The position numbers and the translations under genes are program-made. Positions 1-11,250 of a DNA stretch of 64,000 bases are shown here, one piece after another; position 1 is the stretch's first letter, and each line of letters starts with the position of its first letter. The notes under the pieces were generated by a model. It was not told the DNA's origin. It did not search any database and was given only the letters and a program-made list of their open reading frames with translations. Source of the stretch: Anthoceros angustus (Eukaryota; Plantae; Anthocerotophyta); contig MU008236.1 of NCBI GenBank assembly GCA_010909165.1, forward strand, positions 1 through 64,000, given 5' to 3'.

Positions 1-584
1 CTTCCTCACCGTTCCTACTTTGCATTATTTCCCTAGGTTGGAGTTTGCGACCACCATTGGCCACAAACATTGCTAGATGGAAAGTAGTAACTTTTTGGGT
101 GACACCCTTTTTTTTGAATTGTTTTCGAATGCCTTCAAAGCTTTTAGGGCCCATCAAAACCCCTTGATTATTTGCGGAAAACCCTTGAGATTATTAACCC
201 TTCAAAATTATAAATGTTGTGAAGAGATAGAAGCGCAAGGCACTTAGGCTATTGTTGAGAGGGCCTCGGTGCTCCCCTTGTTGCTGAATTTAGAAGCGAT
301 GAGACGTGTGAGCATTGGTGTAGGGATGGGGTGGATGATGCTGCGATGGAGACTTTGCTTTTGCGGATGCACTCAATGATTGTTGAAAGAGGGCTCTGGG
401 TGAAATGTTTGTCCCAGTGATTTTGATGCTATCAAGTATGTGTATACCTCTGCTAAAAGTGTGCTCGTTTGGCTTGAAATTTTGCAACTTTGTAATAATG
501 GATCAAGGATTTTGCTCTTGGAGAAGGTTGAGGAATCTAGCTAAGGCTTTGGGGCACACATTTTGGTGGAAGGTAGACGACTTT

Positions 585-722
585 TCTTTACCATTTTGGG
601 GCTGCTGTGGCGTGTCAAGTTCTTTACCATTTTGGTGGGGCTGCTTGTGGTGCATCAAGTTGTTTACCATTTTGGTGGGGCTGCTTGTGGTGTGTCAAGT
701 TCTTTACCATTTTGGTGGGGCT
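585..722. repeat. About 40-bp tandem repeat, ~3.5 copies
   Basis: Unit TCTTTACCATTTTGGTGGGGCTGCTTGTGGTGTGTCAAGT recurs head-to-tail with small variants and no spacers. Confidence 0.85.
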
Positions 723-1040
723 TTGCTGTGTGTGTAAGTCGGTGTCATGTAAGCTAATCTCGCTTTGGCTCTATTGGATTTTGACTTGCATCTTATATTC
801 CTCTTCACATGCATGTTCATGACCCGCACATATGATGGCCTTCAAATCCAGGAGAATATCTAGTAGGAGGATCATCACAACCTTCAAGTGCAAGCGCATT
901 CTACAATACCGCCTTGTAAAGATCGTGCGAACTTACAAGGCGTCGGCGGATTATGTTACAATATATATTGCCTTCATTTATCCTAATTTTAAGATATTAT
1001 GTATGCATTATTTTATGTGGTCCCTAATTAGGGCCAAATT

Positions 1041-3937
1041 TAGTTAAAATAATATGTATATATATACTGCCCAAAAATTAGGATTTAAATGGAATGGATA
1101 TAATGTAATTACATTATTAAATTCATAGATTTATAATCTTAATTAGATACCTATTTATTTAATTCAATAATTATTTTGTCAATATTATCATATATTGTAT
1201 AAAGAGTCGTGTATTGTATGATATACATGTATAATTTGATCTTCATATGATACCATATAGTATACCTTATGTCCGTACCGTATGTATGAAAAGAGATGTA
1301 TACTATTTTGTAGAATACGTATATATTTTAATGTATAAACAACGTTGTAAATCATTGAGGCGTGAATTTTTCAAGTTGTAATCTACCTTGTAGATGTTGT
1401 AAAACTAGCGATTCGTGAATTTTGAGGTTGTAAATGAGGTTGTAAATGAGGTTGTAAATGAGGTTGTAAATGAGGTTGTAAATGAGGTTGTAAATGACGT
1501 TGTAAAAGAGGGTTTGAAGGTTGTAAATGAGGTTGTAGCAATGAGTTGTAAATAGACCCACTTGTACAACCACGTTGTATCAACTACAACCTCCTAATAA
1601 CAACGTTTTTATAACTAGATTACGCGTTGTAAATGGCGTTGTCATTTGGGTTATGTAAAAAAGTTGTAAATAGCGTTGTAAAGCGGCTACCGGACACCTT
1701 ACCCGTCCGGTTAGGTGGCACGTGGTACCATGTCATCAAGTTCTTGGCGTGGCCACGTCATCAAGTTAATGACGGTAACGGTAAGTCCGCCGCCCGAAAT
1801 GTCAAGGTGCCAGCCTCCACCATCCTCACTTCCTCTAGCCAAGGTCCGAAATTGGAGTATCGCTTGGTAGCGATGTTGCGCTCACCAGTGCCAGGGCTCC
1901 ACACTTCCGCCGCCTTCTTGGGTCCCCATTTCACGCTCCTCTTGCTCCATTGGAAGTTGTGGGCGCCAACAATTCTCTCCTCACATCGTGCGTTGGTCGC
2001 TCCAACCACGGTGGTGCGTCACAGTGCTGGGCGCTTGAAAAGACAACGCCATGAGCCGGGTGTCTGGCCGAGGCTGCGAAACCGCGAGGTGTTGGGAAGA
2101 ATGACCTTCGCTCCGGCCCTTGACGTCGAGGTAGTAGCTGGCAGCGGGGAGGCGTCTCTTGTGCCTGCATCGAGGCTCGCAAATCTGGCCTTATGCCGCC
2201 GTACTAGCCTTATCTTTGGCCATGCGGAGGCGTGAATACACCTACTCATGACCCAGCAACCTTCTGGTCACGGTCCACATGCCTATCCACCTCGGTCTAC
2301 GTGGCCGTCAGCCATCACTGTCGCTCCCACTTCCCAAGTTACTTTTCTTGGCGTACTTATCCCGTCCTACTCCGGAGTATAGTCTGGACTTACCACAGTG
2401 TACTCCGAAGTGCGACTATGTTCCGCTCCGGAGTGTCGTCCGTAGCTACTCCGGAGTGTCGTTTGTAGCTACTCGAGTGTGGGCCGAGTCTCCCGCACCT
2501 ACTCGGGTGTGGGCCGGAGCTCACTCCGGGTGTGGGCAGGAGTTAGTTAAAATAATATGTATATATATACTGCCCAAAAATTAGGATTTAAATGGAATGG
2601 ATATAATGTAATTACATTATTAAATTCATAGATTTATAATCTTAATTAGATACCTATTTATTTAATTCAATAATTATTTTTTAAATATTATCATATATTG
2701 TATAAATACTCGTGTATTGTATGATATACGTGTATAATTTGATCTTCATATATGATACCATATAGTATACCTTATGTCCATGCGTATGTATGAAAAGAGA
2801 TGTATACTATTTTGTAGAATACGATATATATTTTAATGTATAAACAACGTTGTAAATCATTGAGACGTGAATTTTTCAAGTTGTAATCTACCTTGTAGAT
2901 TTTGTTGTAAAACTAGCGATTCGTGAATTTTGAGGTTGTAAATGAGGTTGTAAATGAGGTTGTAAATGAGGTTGTAAATGATGTAAAGCGTTGTAAAGCG
3001 TTGTAAATAATAAAGTAAGGGTGTTTGAAGGTTGTAAATGAGGTTGTAACGTATATTGTAAAATACGTTGTAAATAGACCCACTTTACAACCTAGTTAAG
3101 GTCAGGAACTACAACCTCCTAATAACAACCTATTTTATAACCTAGATTACAAGGCAACCACGCGTTGTAAATAGGCGTTGTCATTTAGGTTTGTAAGCAG
3201 GCGAAGTTGTAAAAATGGCGTTGTAAAGCTGCCGGACACCACCGTCCGGTTAGGTGACGTGGCCACCATGTCATCAAGTTGCTGGCGTGGCCGCCACGTC
3301 ATCAAGTTGCTGACGTGGCAATCTTGCCTCTCGGACTAGAGTGACGCTATCAAAAGTCCAGACCGCACTGAAAATGTCAAGGTGCCACTGCTCCACCAGC
3401 TCCTCCGCTTCCTCTAGCCAAGGTCCGAAATTGGGGTATCGCTTGGTGACGATGTTGCGCTCCACCAAGTCGGGGCTCCCCGCCTTCTTGGAATTGTTCT
3501 CTCAATTCTCTGCCGTGTCCAAGCGGGTGGGCGTGGTGCTGGGCGTCCTCTTGTGCCGAGGCGCTTGGAGGCTCGCAACCTCTGGCCTTAGCAGTGACCT
3601 AGCCTTATGCTGGCGCGGCATGCTGGAGGCGTGAATGCACTATAGCGGCCAGCCCCTCGGTCTGGTCATTTGCATGCCTATCCACCTCTCGGTCACAGTC
3701 ACGTGGCCACTGTCATCCCTGTCTAGCTCCCACTCCCAGTTACTTTTCTTGGCGTACTTATCCGTCCCTACTCGAGTATAGTCCGACTTACCACGGTGTA
3801 CTCGAGTGGAACTATGTTCCGCCTCCTGGGAGTGTGCGTAGCTACTCCAGGAGTGTCGTTTGTAGCTACTCGAGGTGGGCCGAGCTCGCGCCCTACTCGG
3901 GTGTGGGCCGGAGCTCGCTGCCTCGGGAGTGGGCAGA
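1041..3937. repeat. Tandem duplication 1 (1041-2543 / 2544-~3937)
   Basis: TAGTTAAAATAATATGTATA starts at both 1041 and 2544, and the following ~1.4-1.5 kb is colinear with indel noise. Confidence 0.9.
1424..1507. repeat. 12-bp minisatellite (GAGGTTGTAAAT)n
   Basis: Six perfect units at 1424-1495 plus degenerate ones; the duplicate copy at 2932-2979 has four units. Confidence 0.95.
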
Positions 3938-4105
3938 CTCAGCTGCCTACTCCGGATGTGGGCCGGGCCCTTTGCTACTCCGGAGGTTTCCGACCTTATT
4001 TCCCCATTTCCGACTTATTTCCTACTCTACACCCACAAAAAAAAACAAAAACTAACTCCTTTCCTACTCAAGGGGAGAGTCCGTGGCCCACACACTCCCC
4101 TTCTC
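3770..4105 (-). mobile_element. PPT and start of the 3' LTR of a Ty3/gypsy element
   Basis: On the minus strand the polypurine GAGAAGGGGAG (4105-4095) is followed directly by TGTGTGGG (from 4094), just downstream of an integrase C-terminus. The far LTR end is not resolved. Confidence 0.6.
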
Positions 4106-4109
4106 ATCT

Positions 4110-5030
4110 GTTGGCGTCTCCGCCAACACTAGGCATGGTTACCTTCACCCACCCATTTGCAAGTGGGTAGCGGCTCACCATCTAAGGCTGAAATTTGGAT
4201 GGACGTTGTCGTGTCACACGCACCACCTGGTAAGGACCCATCCATCTTAAGTAAAGCTTGCCCAGGAAATGCATATGGCGCATCATAAGGAGGCGGATCT
4301 CCCTCCTTCACACTTGGTTCGAGCTTGTGCGTGCCACACCTTGGAATTGATTCACACAGTTACATCCTCTGCTGTGCCTCCTCTCGTCCCTCCGTATGTT
4401 GTACAAACCCTAGCAACCGTTCCAATTGGCTTTCCTCCTCGGTTAGCCGCCCCTTCATCATTACTCGGAACGTGGGTACCTCAAATTCGACTGGCATAAC
4501 CAAAGAATGCCCATAGGTTAGGTAATACGGAGTTCGTTGGGTGGTCACTTTCTCCGCCGTCCTGAAGACCCATAGCGCTGATGGTAGCTTGGTATCCCAG
4601 TCATGCGCATAATTAACCGTGAGCTTATTCAGGATGCGATAGATAAGTCCGTTGGTCTTCTCCGTTAACCCATTGGTCTTCGGGTTGTATGGTGCCGTCT
4701 TGCGATGAGTTATACCAATAGTCCGTCATTGCAGCTATCACATCATTGAGGAAATGAGTCCCCCTATCGCTTATCAACTGCAACGGACATCCATACCGTG
4801 TGATGATGTTTTCGTAGAGGAACTTTGCCACCGTACTTGCAGAGTCCTTTCTTGTTGCCACCGCTTCAACCCATCTGGTGCAGTAGTCCTTCGCCACCAG
4901 GATATATCTCTTCTATGTGTGCTTTGTCGTAGGTTGTATAGGTCCGGAAATTCGATACATTTTCAAAAGGCGCAGTGCCGTTATGGGCTCATGACCATTG
5001 AGTCGTTGGGGTAGGCTTCCCGATCTCTGT
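4110..5030 (-). mobile_element. Ty3/gypsy integrase (core and GPY/F-like tail, no chromodomain seen), frameshifted
   Basis: Peptides QRSGKPTPTTQW, GPIQPT..KRYILVAKDYCTRWVEA, RYGCPLQLISDRGTHFLN and TPYYLTYG..MPVEFEV; typical of non-chromovirus gypsy integrases. Confidence 0.85.
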
Positions 5031-6700
5031 AAAGGTGAGGAAATAATTTCCATCACCAAGGGAAGGCTGCGACAATGGTCCACACAGGTCTGTGTGAACG
5101 AGTTCCAGAACCTCAGAAGCTCGATGTGGGTTCTGATTTTTGAAAGCTGCCTGGTGCCTCTTAGACAGCACACAAGACTCACACAGAGGTAATGGTACCA
5201 CTGGTCCTATGGGTCCATCAGCATAGAGATTGCTGGTTGCCAACCTTTGCAACTTAGTGCTATGTGGGTGCCCCAACCTAGCATGCCACAGCTGACTCTT
5301 AGCAATTTGCTGTGCAGAAGCTAGTGAGGTGTCATGTGTGAGGTGAGAGACAGGCATTCCACTTTGAGTATGGAGGCGAAATAGGTCATGGTCTGACGAC
5401 CCATAGGCTAAGACCTTTCTATGATCAAAAGCATCTATCACCTGGCATTCCGTTATGGTGAATAGGACATGACGGTCATTATCTGAGTTAAGTCTTCTAA
5501 CCGAGACTAGGTTTCTGGTCATGTCAGGCACATAGTAAACATCATTCAAGGTGAATGTATTCCCTGATGGAACCGACAAGTTGACTGTGCCTATGCCAGG
5601 TGAGAAAAGTGACCGATCGTCTCCTAGGTAAACATACTGGTCCTTAGCTGACCTGTATGTTTTGTATACATTACAGCCGGAAACATACGGTGTCTTTTTG
5701 TAGCACCCAGTACCATTCACTAATGGTCTCACCTGCTGCAGTGAGCAGACAGGTTGGGAGCAAGAGTGGGTTAGAAATTTCCCTTGTGCCAACAGTAAGG
5801 GCAGAGGGAGTATTATTCTTCTTTACCACAACATGGGTTTCAGCTGTGTTGCCCTCCTTACGAGGCTGACCAGCTAGTTTCTTGCGGCATTCGCGCTCCC
5901 AGTGTCCCGGCATCTTGCACCAGTTGCAGTTGCTAGTTCTTTTGGTTTTCTTTGAGTTGCTCGTGGATGAGCCAAACTGAGAACTGCTCCCTTAAAGTAC
6001 TACCTCCACCACGGTGTAGTTTTTAGTGCTATTTCCTCCTTTACCACGATTTGACATGTAAAGGGCATGTTGTCTCCCAGTGCGTCCGCTGGGGACTCCT
6101 CTTGTGGCCTCCTCCTACAGCAGTGCTCCCACTAACTCAGAGAATGTGAGCTCAGGGAGTTTGATATTGGCTACCTTAGCCAATTTCTCAGCTTGCATCT
6201 GAGAGGTATTATAAGACGTCACAAAGTGTGACCAGGAGGCAGGCAAGGAGAGCAATAGATACATAACGTATAGCTCATCCTTCAAGGGTTCCCTAGAGGA
6301 GCTTTCTAGCTTCGAAACTAGGGTCCTGAAGTTGCCTATATGTTTTTCTATTGACTCCCCTTCCTTCATTTTAAGGTTGTGGAGATTCTTAAGAGCAGTC
6401 ATCTGGCTTGTGGTGTTGGAGCCAGAGTACAGATCCTGGAGACGATTCCACACATCTGCTGCAGTGTTAGCTCCGACAGTTTGCCTCAACATGTCTGATG
6501 TTAGGCCACTTCGGAGCAGATACAAGGCTGCGTCATTCTTGACTGACCATGCATCCTGATCCTCCTGAGCTTCTGATGTCGGTTTCTCCGTTCCATCTGT
6601 TACCTTCCAAAGCTTTTTAGCCTGGAGTGCTCCCTTCATCCTCATGACCCAGATATCGTAGTCATGCCCTCCGAATCTATCTTTTTCCTTAAAACTATCA
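5030..6700 (-). mobile_element. Ty1/copia gag, protease region, GAG-pre-integrase and integrase N-terminus (truncated)
   Basis: FKEKDRFGGHDYDIWVMRMKGAL..LWKVTDG (gag), zinc knuckle C..CKMPGHWERECRKK, LNDVYYVPDMTRNLVSV, LWHARLGHP, CESC..SK and LELVHTDLCGP..GNYFLTF. Confidence 0.92.
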
Positions 6701-6850
6701 TATGAGATTCCACGGAAGGAAGGCCATCACCCATCTTTGCTTTCCTATGATTGGGTTACCCACTCAACAAGAAATCTATGTCGGAATCACTACTAATACC
6801 TCTTTCTGTTACAGGCATAACATGCACTCTGATCTGAAAAAGGAGACTAG

Positions 6851-9800
6851 AGTATTCATTCCAAGTTTGGAGCAGGTGCGTTGAGCTAAGCCTGCACCTA
6901 TGGATTTGTGTGCTACAGATCAATGATCACGATCTGTGCAACTAATCACAACGCTTCTGCAGGCCCTACAGGATCATGTAAGGATGCAAGCTGTTCAGTT
7001 TCCCTTTGTGCAATCTGATTACGTCTAATTTCCCACCTATTATTTGCGTAGGTGGAACATGAGGGACAGGCATTGGGCTCATTAAAACTATACTGATGAT
7101 TCGTTTTCTTCACAGATTTCATGGCTTTGGCGAAACATAGGGTTACTAGCGATTCGCCTTGAGCCACTAGCGAAACCATGCCCTAACCTCGGTTATGGAG
7201 ATGAGAGAGTGGAGCACTTTATCGTTTTACTACGGGGTTTACGGGCCAATTATTTTTAGGAGTATAGCCCTAGACTTTACAACATGGGTTGCGTTGTTTT
7301 ACTACGGTGGGGTTTCGCCACGACTCAATCGATGGCGTGGCATGGCGAAAGTCCGTTGAAAAGGGGCAATTGAGGTTGAGAACAAGATGGAGGACTTTAC
7401 TACGCAAGTAGGGAAATTACTATAGGGGGTTTTACAAAGGAATCCGTTTTTTACTACAACCTTGTGTTACAACGGGCGTTTACCTTTTTCTAAGGGTCTT
7501 ATTTTCTAAGCAGCCAGGTTCTAAACCCTACACGCCTTGATTTACAACGGATTTATTTTTATATTGTAGAATTTCCGTATGGGATCACTACGGGCATATA
7601 TGACACATGCAATGTGCTGTCTTTTACTAAGTTATTAATTGGATTACAACATGGCCTTTTTATGTTCGGGGTTTGCCACAAACCACGATTGAAAACCCTT
7701 CCATGTTCACACTAATGGGGGTTTGGGCCAAAGCGCCTTTATGGCATCCCACGGAAGCCTCATGGTATCTCGCTCGGCCACCCATTGGAGAATCCGGAGT
7801 CCATGGCACAGGCATCAATTCGAGCATCGAATCTATCTCCGAAGGCAACGGCCCACTACCATGAACGCGTGCGAATTCTAGGAACTCCGCATCCGGACAT
7901 CTGAACAATTCTCTGGGCATCTTCCGCGGTCACGATGGTGTCGCGTGGGGAGTTGACCCGCGCCCATGCGTGTTCAAAGGTGGCGGATGGTGGCCTCGCA
8001 GAGCAACTGCCTGCCACCCATCTCGGAGACCACACTTGGTCTGCGCCATCGATGCTTGTTAATCACAACCACAAACCCTGAAACCAAACACATGTGACCA
8101 TCAATGCCCGATTAGGGGTTTGGGGAATCGCGACTTTGTTGCGGACACAGTGAAGGCAACATGCTCACCGTGTCTGGCGCTCAATCTCCGAATCGCAGGG
8201 CTAATCAGAATCACCTCCTTGAGATAAGCGCCGACGATGAGAAGAGGCCTCGAGGCGGTGGCCTCTTCTTATGGCCTCAGCCAAAGGCTGCCGCCACGTG
8301 TCTTGATCAAGCAGGCGTTTAGCCTGATCAACGGCATGCCGAATGATGCGTTGCCGCTCGTGCTTCTAATGTAACTCGAGTGGTCAAAGATGACTTGAGT
8401 GGTCAAGGCTTGATAAAGAACCCTCAGCCGTAGTTCCATGAGTGCCTTATGGATTAGGGTCCTTGGGTTTGCGGTTTCCATGTGACTTACCTTATATTAC
8501 TTGGGAACATTGCGCGTATGAAATTTTCGAAGGACAAGGACAAGCACTAGTAGGTAGGGGTCCTTGGCCTTTGGGTTTACGATCTGTGCGGCCGGATCTG
8601 AGCCGTTCCCATGGTACAAGGATACATTACCTTAAATACACATCGAGTCGCAAAATCATCTAAGGGCGGGAACGCGGTGGGCCAGCAGCTTCGCCCGAGT
8701 TCCGCCCAAACCCTAAAAGCCATCATAGGTAGAACCACGTCCGGACGGGTGGAGCGATCGATCGACGACCAATTCTAGGGAGACCGGAGAACTTACCACG
8801 CTGTTACAACTAGGACACTTGGGCGCAAGCGGGCGGAGGAGGGATTGACGCCACATCAGCCCTCATTTGGAGTCTGTGGGATATAGGGTAAGGGTGCACA
8901 CTCCTCAGCAGATGCGCGTTGTGTGCCATGTGAGCTGCAAGTGTAGCTATATGCATGCCTTTCGTTTCCAGTGCTCTTGTTAATCACAACCAACCATGGG
9001 TCCAGATGCCAAAATCGCAGAAGATCGAGCCGCGAGGCGAACAAGGACACTCGAGTATTCATTCCAAGTTTGGGGCGAGGTGCGTTGAGCTAAACTGCAC
9101 CTATGGATTGTGCTCTGAGATCAATGATCGATACGTGCAACTAATCACAGCAACTTACAGGCCCCTACGGGATCATGTAAGGATGCAAGCATTAGGTTTC
9201 CCTTTTATTGCAATGATTCGTCTAATTTCCCACCTATTATTTGCGTAGGTGGAACATGAGGGCGAACATTGGGCTCATTAAAACTATATCGATGATTCGT
9301 TTTCTTCCACAGTTTCATGGCGGTTGGCGAAACATAGGGGTTCTTGTTGATTACGCCAGCCACTATGAAACCATGCCCTTTACTAACCTCGGTTATGGAG
9401 AGATGAGAGAGTGGAGCACTTTATCGCTTTTACTACGGGGTTTCGGGCCAATTATTTTTAGGAGTATAGCCCTAGACTTTACAACATGGGTTGCGTTGTT
9501 TTACTACGGTGGGGTTTTCGACTCAATCGATAATGATGGCGTGGCGAAAGTCCGCTTGAAAAGGGGCAATTGAGGTTCGAGAACAAGATGGAGGACTTTA
9601 CTACGCAAGTAGGGAAATTACTATAGGGGTTTTACAAAGGAATCCGTTTTTACTACAACCTTGTGTTACAATTACCTTTTTCTAAGGGTCTTATTTACTA
9701 AGCAGCCAGGTTCTAAACCCTACACGCCTTGATTTACAACGGATTTATTTTTATATTGTAGAATTTCCGTATGGGATCACTACGGGCATATATGACACAT

Positions 9801-11250
9801 GCAATGGGCTGTCTTTTACTAAGTTATTAATTGGATTACAACATGGCCTTTTTTGCGTGCGTTCAGGGTTTGCCACAAACCCTGATTGTAAACCCTTCCA
9901 TGTTCACACTAATGGGGGTTTGGGCCAAAACGCGCCTTTATGGCATCTCACAGAAGCCTCATGGTATCTCGCCGCTCGGCCACCCATTGGAGAATCCCGG
10001 GCGTCCATGGCACAGGCATCAATTCGAGCATCGAATCTATCTCCGAAAGGCAACGGCCCACTACCATGAACGCGTGCGAATTCTAGGAACTCGCATCCGG
10101 GACATCCTGAACAATTCTGGGCATCTTCCGCGGTCACGATGGTGTCGCGTGGGGAGTTGACCCGCGCCCATGCGTGTTCAAAGGTGGCGCGGATGGTGGC
10201 CTCGCGGCAGCTCGCCACCCATCTCCGGAGACCACGGTCTTCGCCATCGATGCTTGTTAATCACAACCACAAACCTGTAAACCAAACACATGTGACCATC
10301 GAAATGCCCGATTAGGGGTTTGGAGTCGCGACTTTATTGCGGACACGCGAAGGCAACATGCTCACCGTGTCTGCGCTCAATCTCCGTAATCGCAGGGCTA
10401 ATCAATCACCTCCTTCAAGATAAGTCGCATCCGACGATGAGAAGAGGCCTCGAGGCGGTGGCCTCTTCTTATGGCCTACAGCCAAAGGCTCGCCACGTGT
10501 CTTGATCAAACAGGCGTTTGTCACATCCAACGGCATGCGGAATGATGCGTTGCCTGTGCTCGTGCTTCTACAACTCGAGTGGTCAAAGATGATGAGTGGT
10601 CAAGGCTTGATAAAGAACCCTCAGCCGTAGTTCCATGAGTGCCTTATGTCGGATTAGGGTCCTTGGGTTGCGGTGTTTCCATGTGACTTACCTTATATTA
10701 CTTGGGAACATTGCGCGTATGAAATTTTCAAGGACAAGGACAAGCACTAGTAGGTAGGGGTCCTTGGCCTTTGGGTTTACGATCGTGGGGGCTGCTGTGA
10801 GCCGTTCCCATGGTACAAGGATACATTACCTTAAATACACATCCGAGTCTTGGCAAAATCATCTAAGGGCGGGAAGCGGTGGGCCGCGGCTGAACGCCTC
10901 TCGAGTTCCGCCCAAAACCCTAAAAGCCATCATAGGTCGAGAACCACGTCCGGACGGGGTGGAGCAATCGATCGACTACCACGAATTCTAGGGAGACCAG
11001 AGAACTTACCACTGTTACAACTAGGACACTTGGGCAAAGCGGCGGGAGGAGGGATTGACGCCACATCGCCCTCATTTGGAGTCCATGGGATATAGGGTAA
11101 GGGTGCACACTCGGCGGATGCGCGTTGTGTCCCATGTGAGCTGCAAGTGTAGCTATAGGCATGCCTTTCGTTTCTGCTCTTGTTAATCACAACCAACCAT
11201 GGGTCCAGATGCCAAAATCGCGAAGATCGAGTGGCAGAACAAGGACACTC
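6851..11250. repeat. Tandem duplication 2 (6851-9053 / 9054-~11250)
   Basis: AGTATTCATTCCAAGTTTGG at 6851 and 9054; junction quasi-homology AAGGAGACTAGAG vs AAGGACACTCGAG. Confidence 0.9.

Noticed and set aside
1-580. Possible transposase or gene fragment (NVCPSDFDAIKYVYTSAK...)
   Set aside because: Short and stop-interrupted, with no recognisable family motif.
585-722. CRISPR-like arrays (also the 12-, 21- and 28-bp repeats)
   Set aside because: The repeats are head-to-tail without unique spacers, the context is eukaryotic, and no cas genes are present.
1352-1583. ORFs with PHLQ or YNLI repeats
   Set aside because: They are translations of the 12-bp minisatellite.
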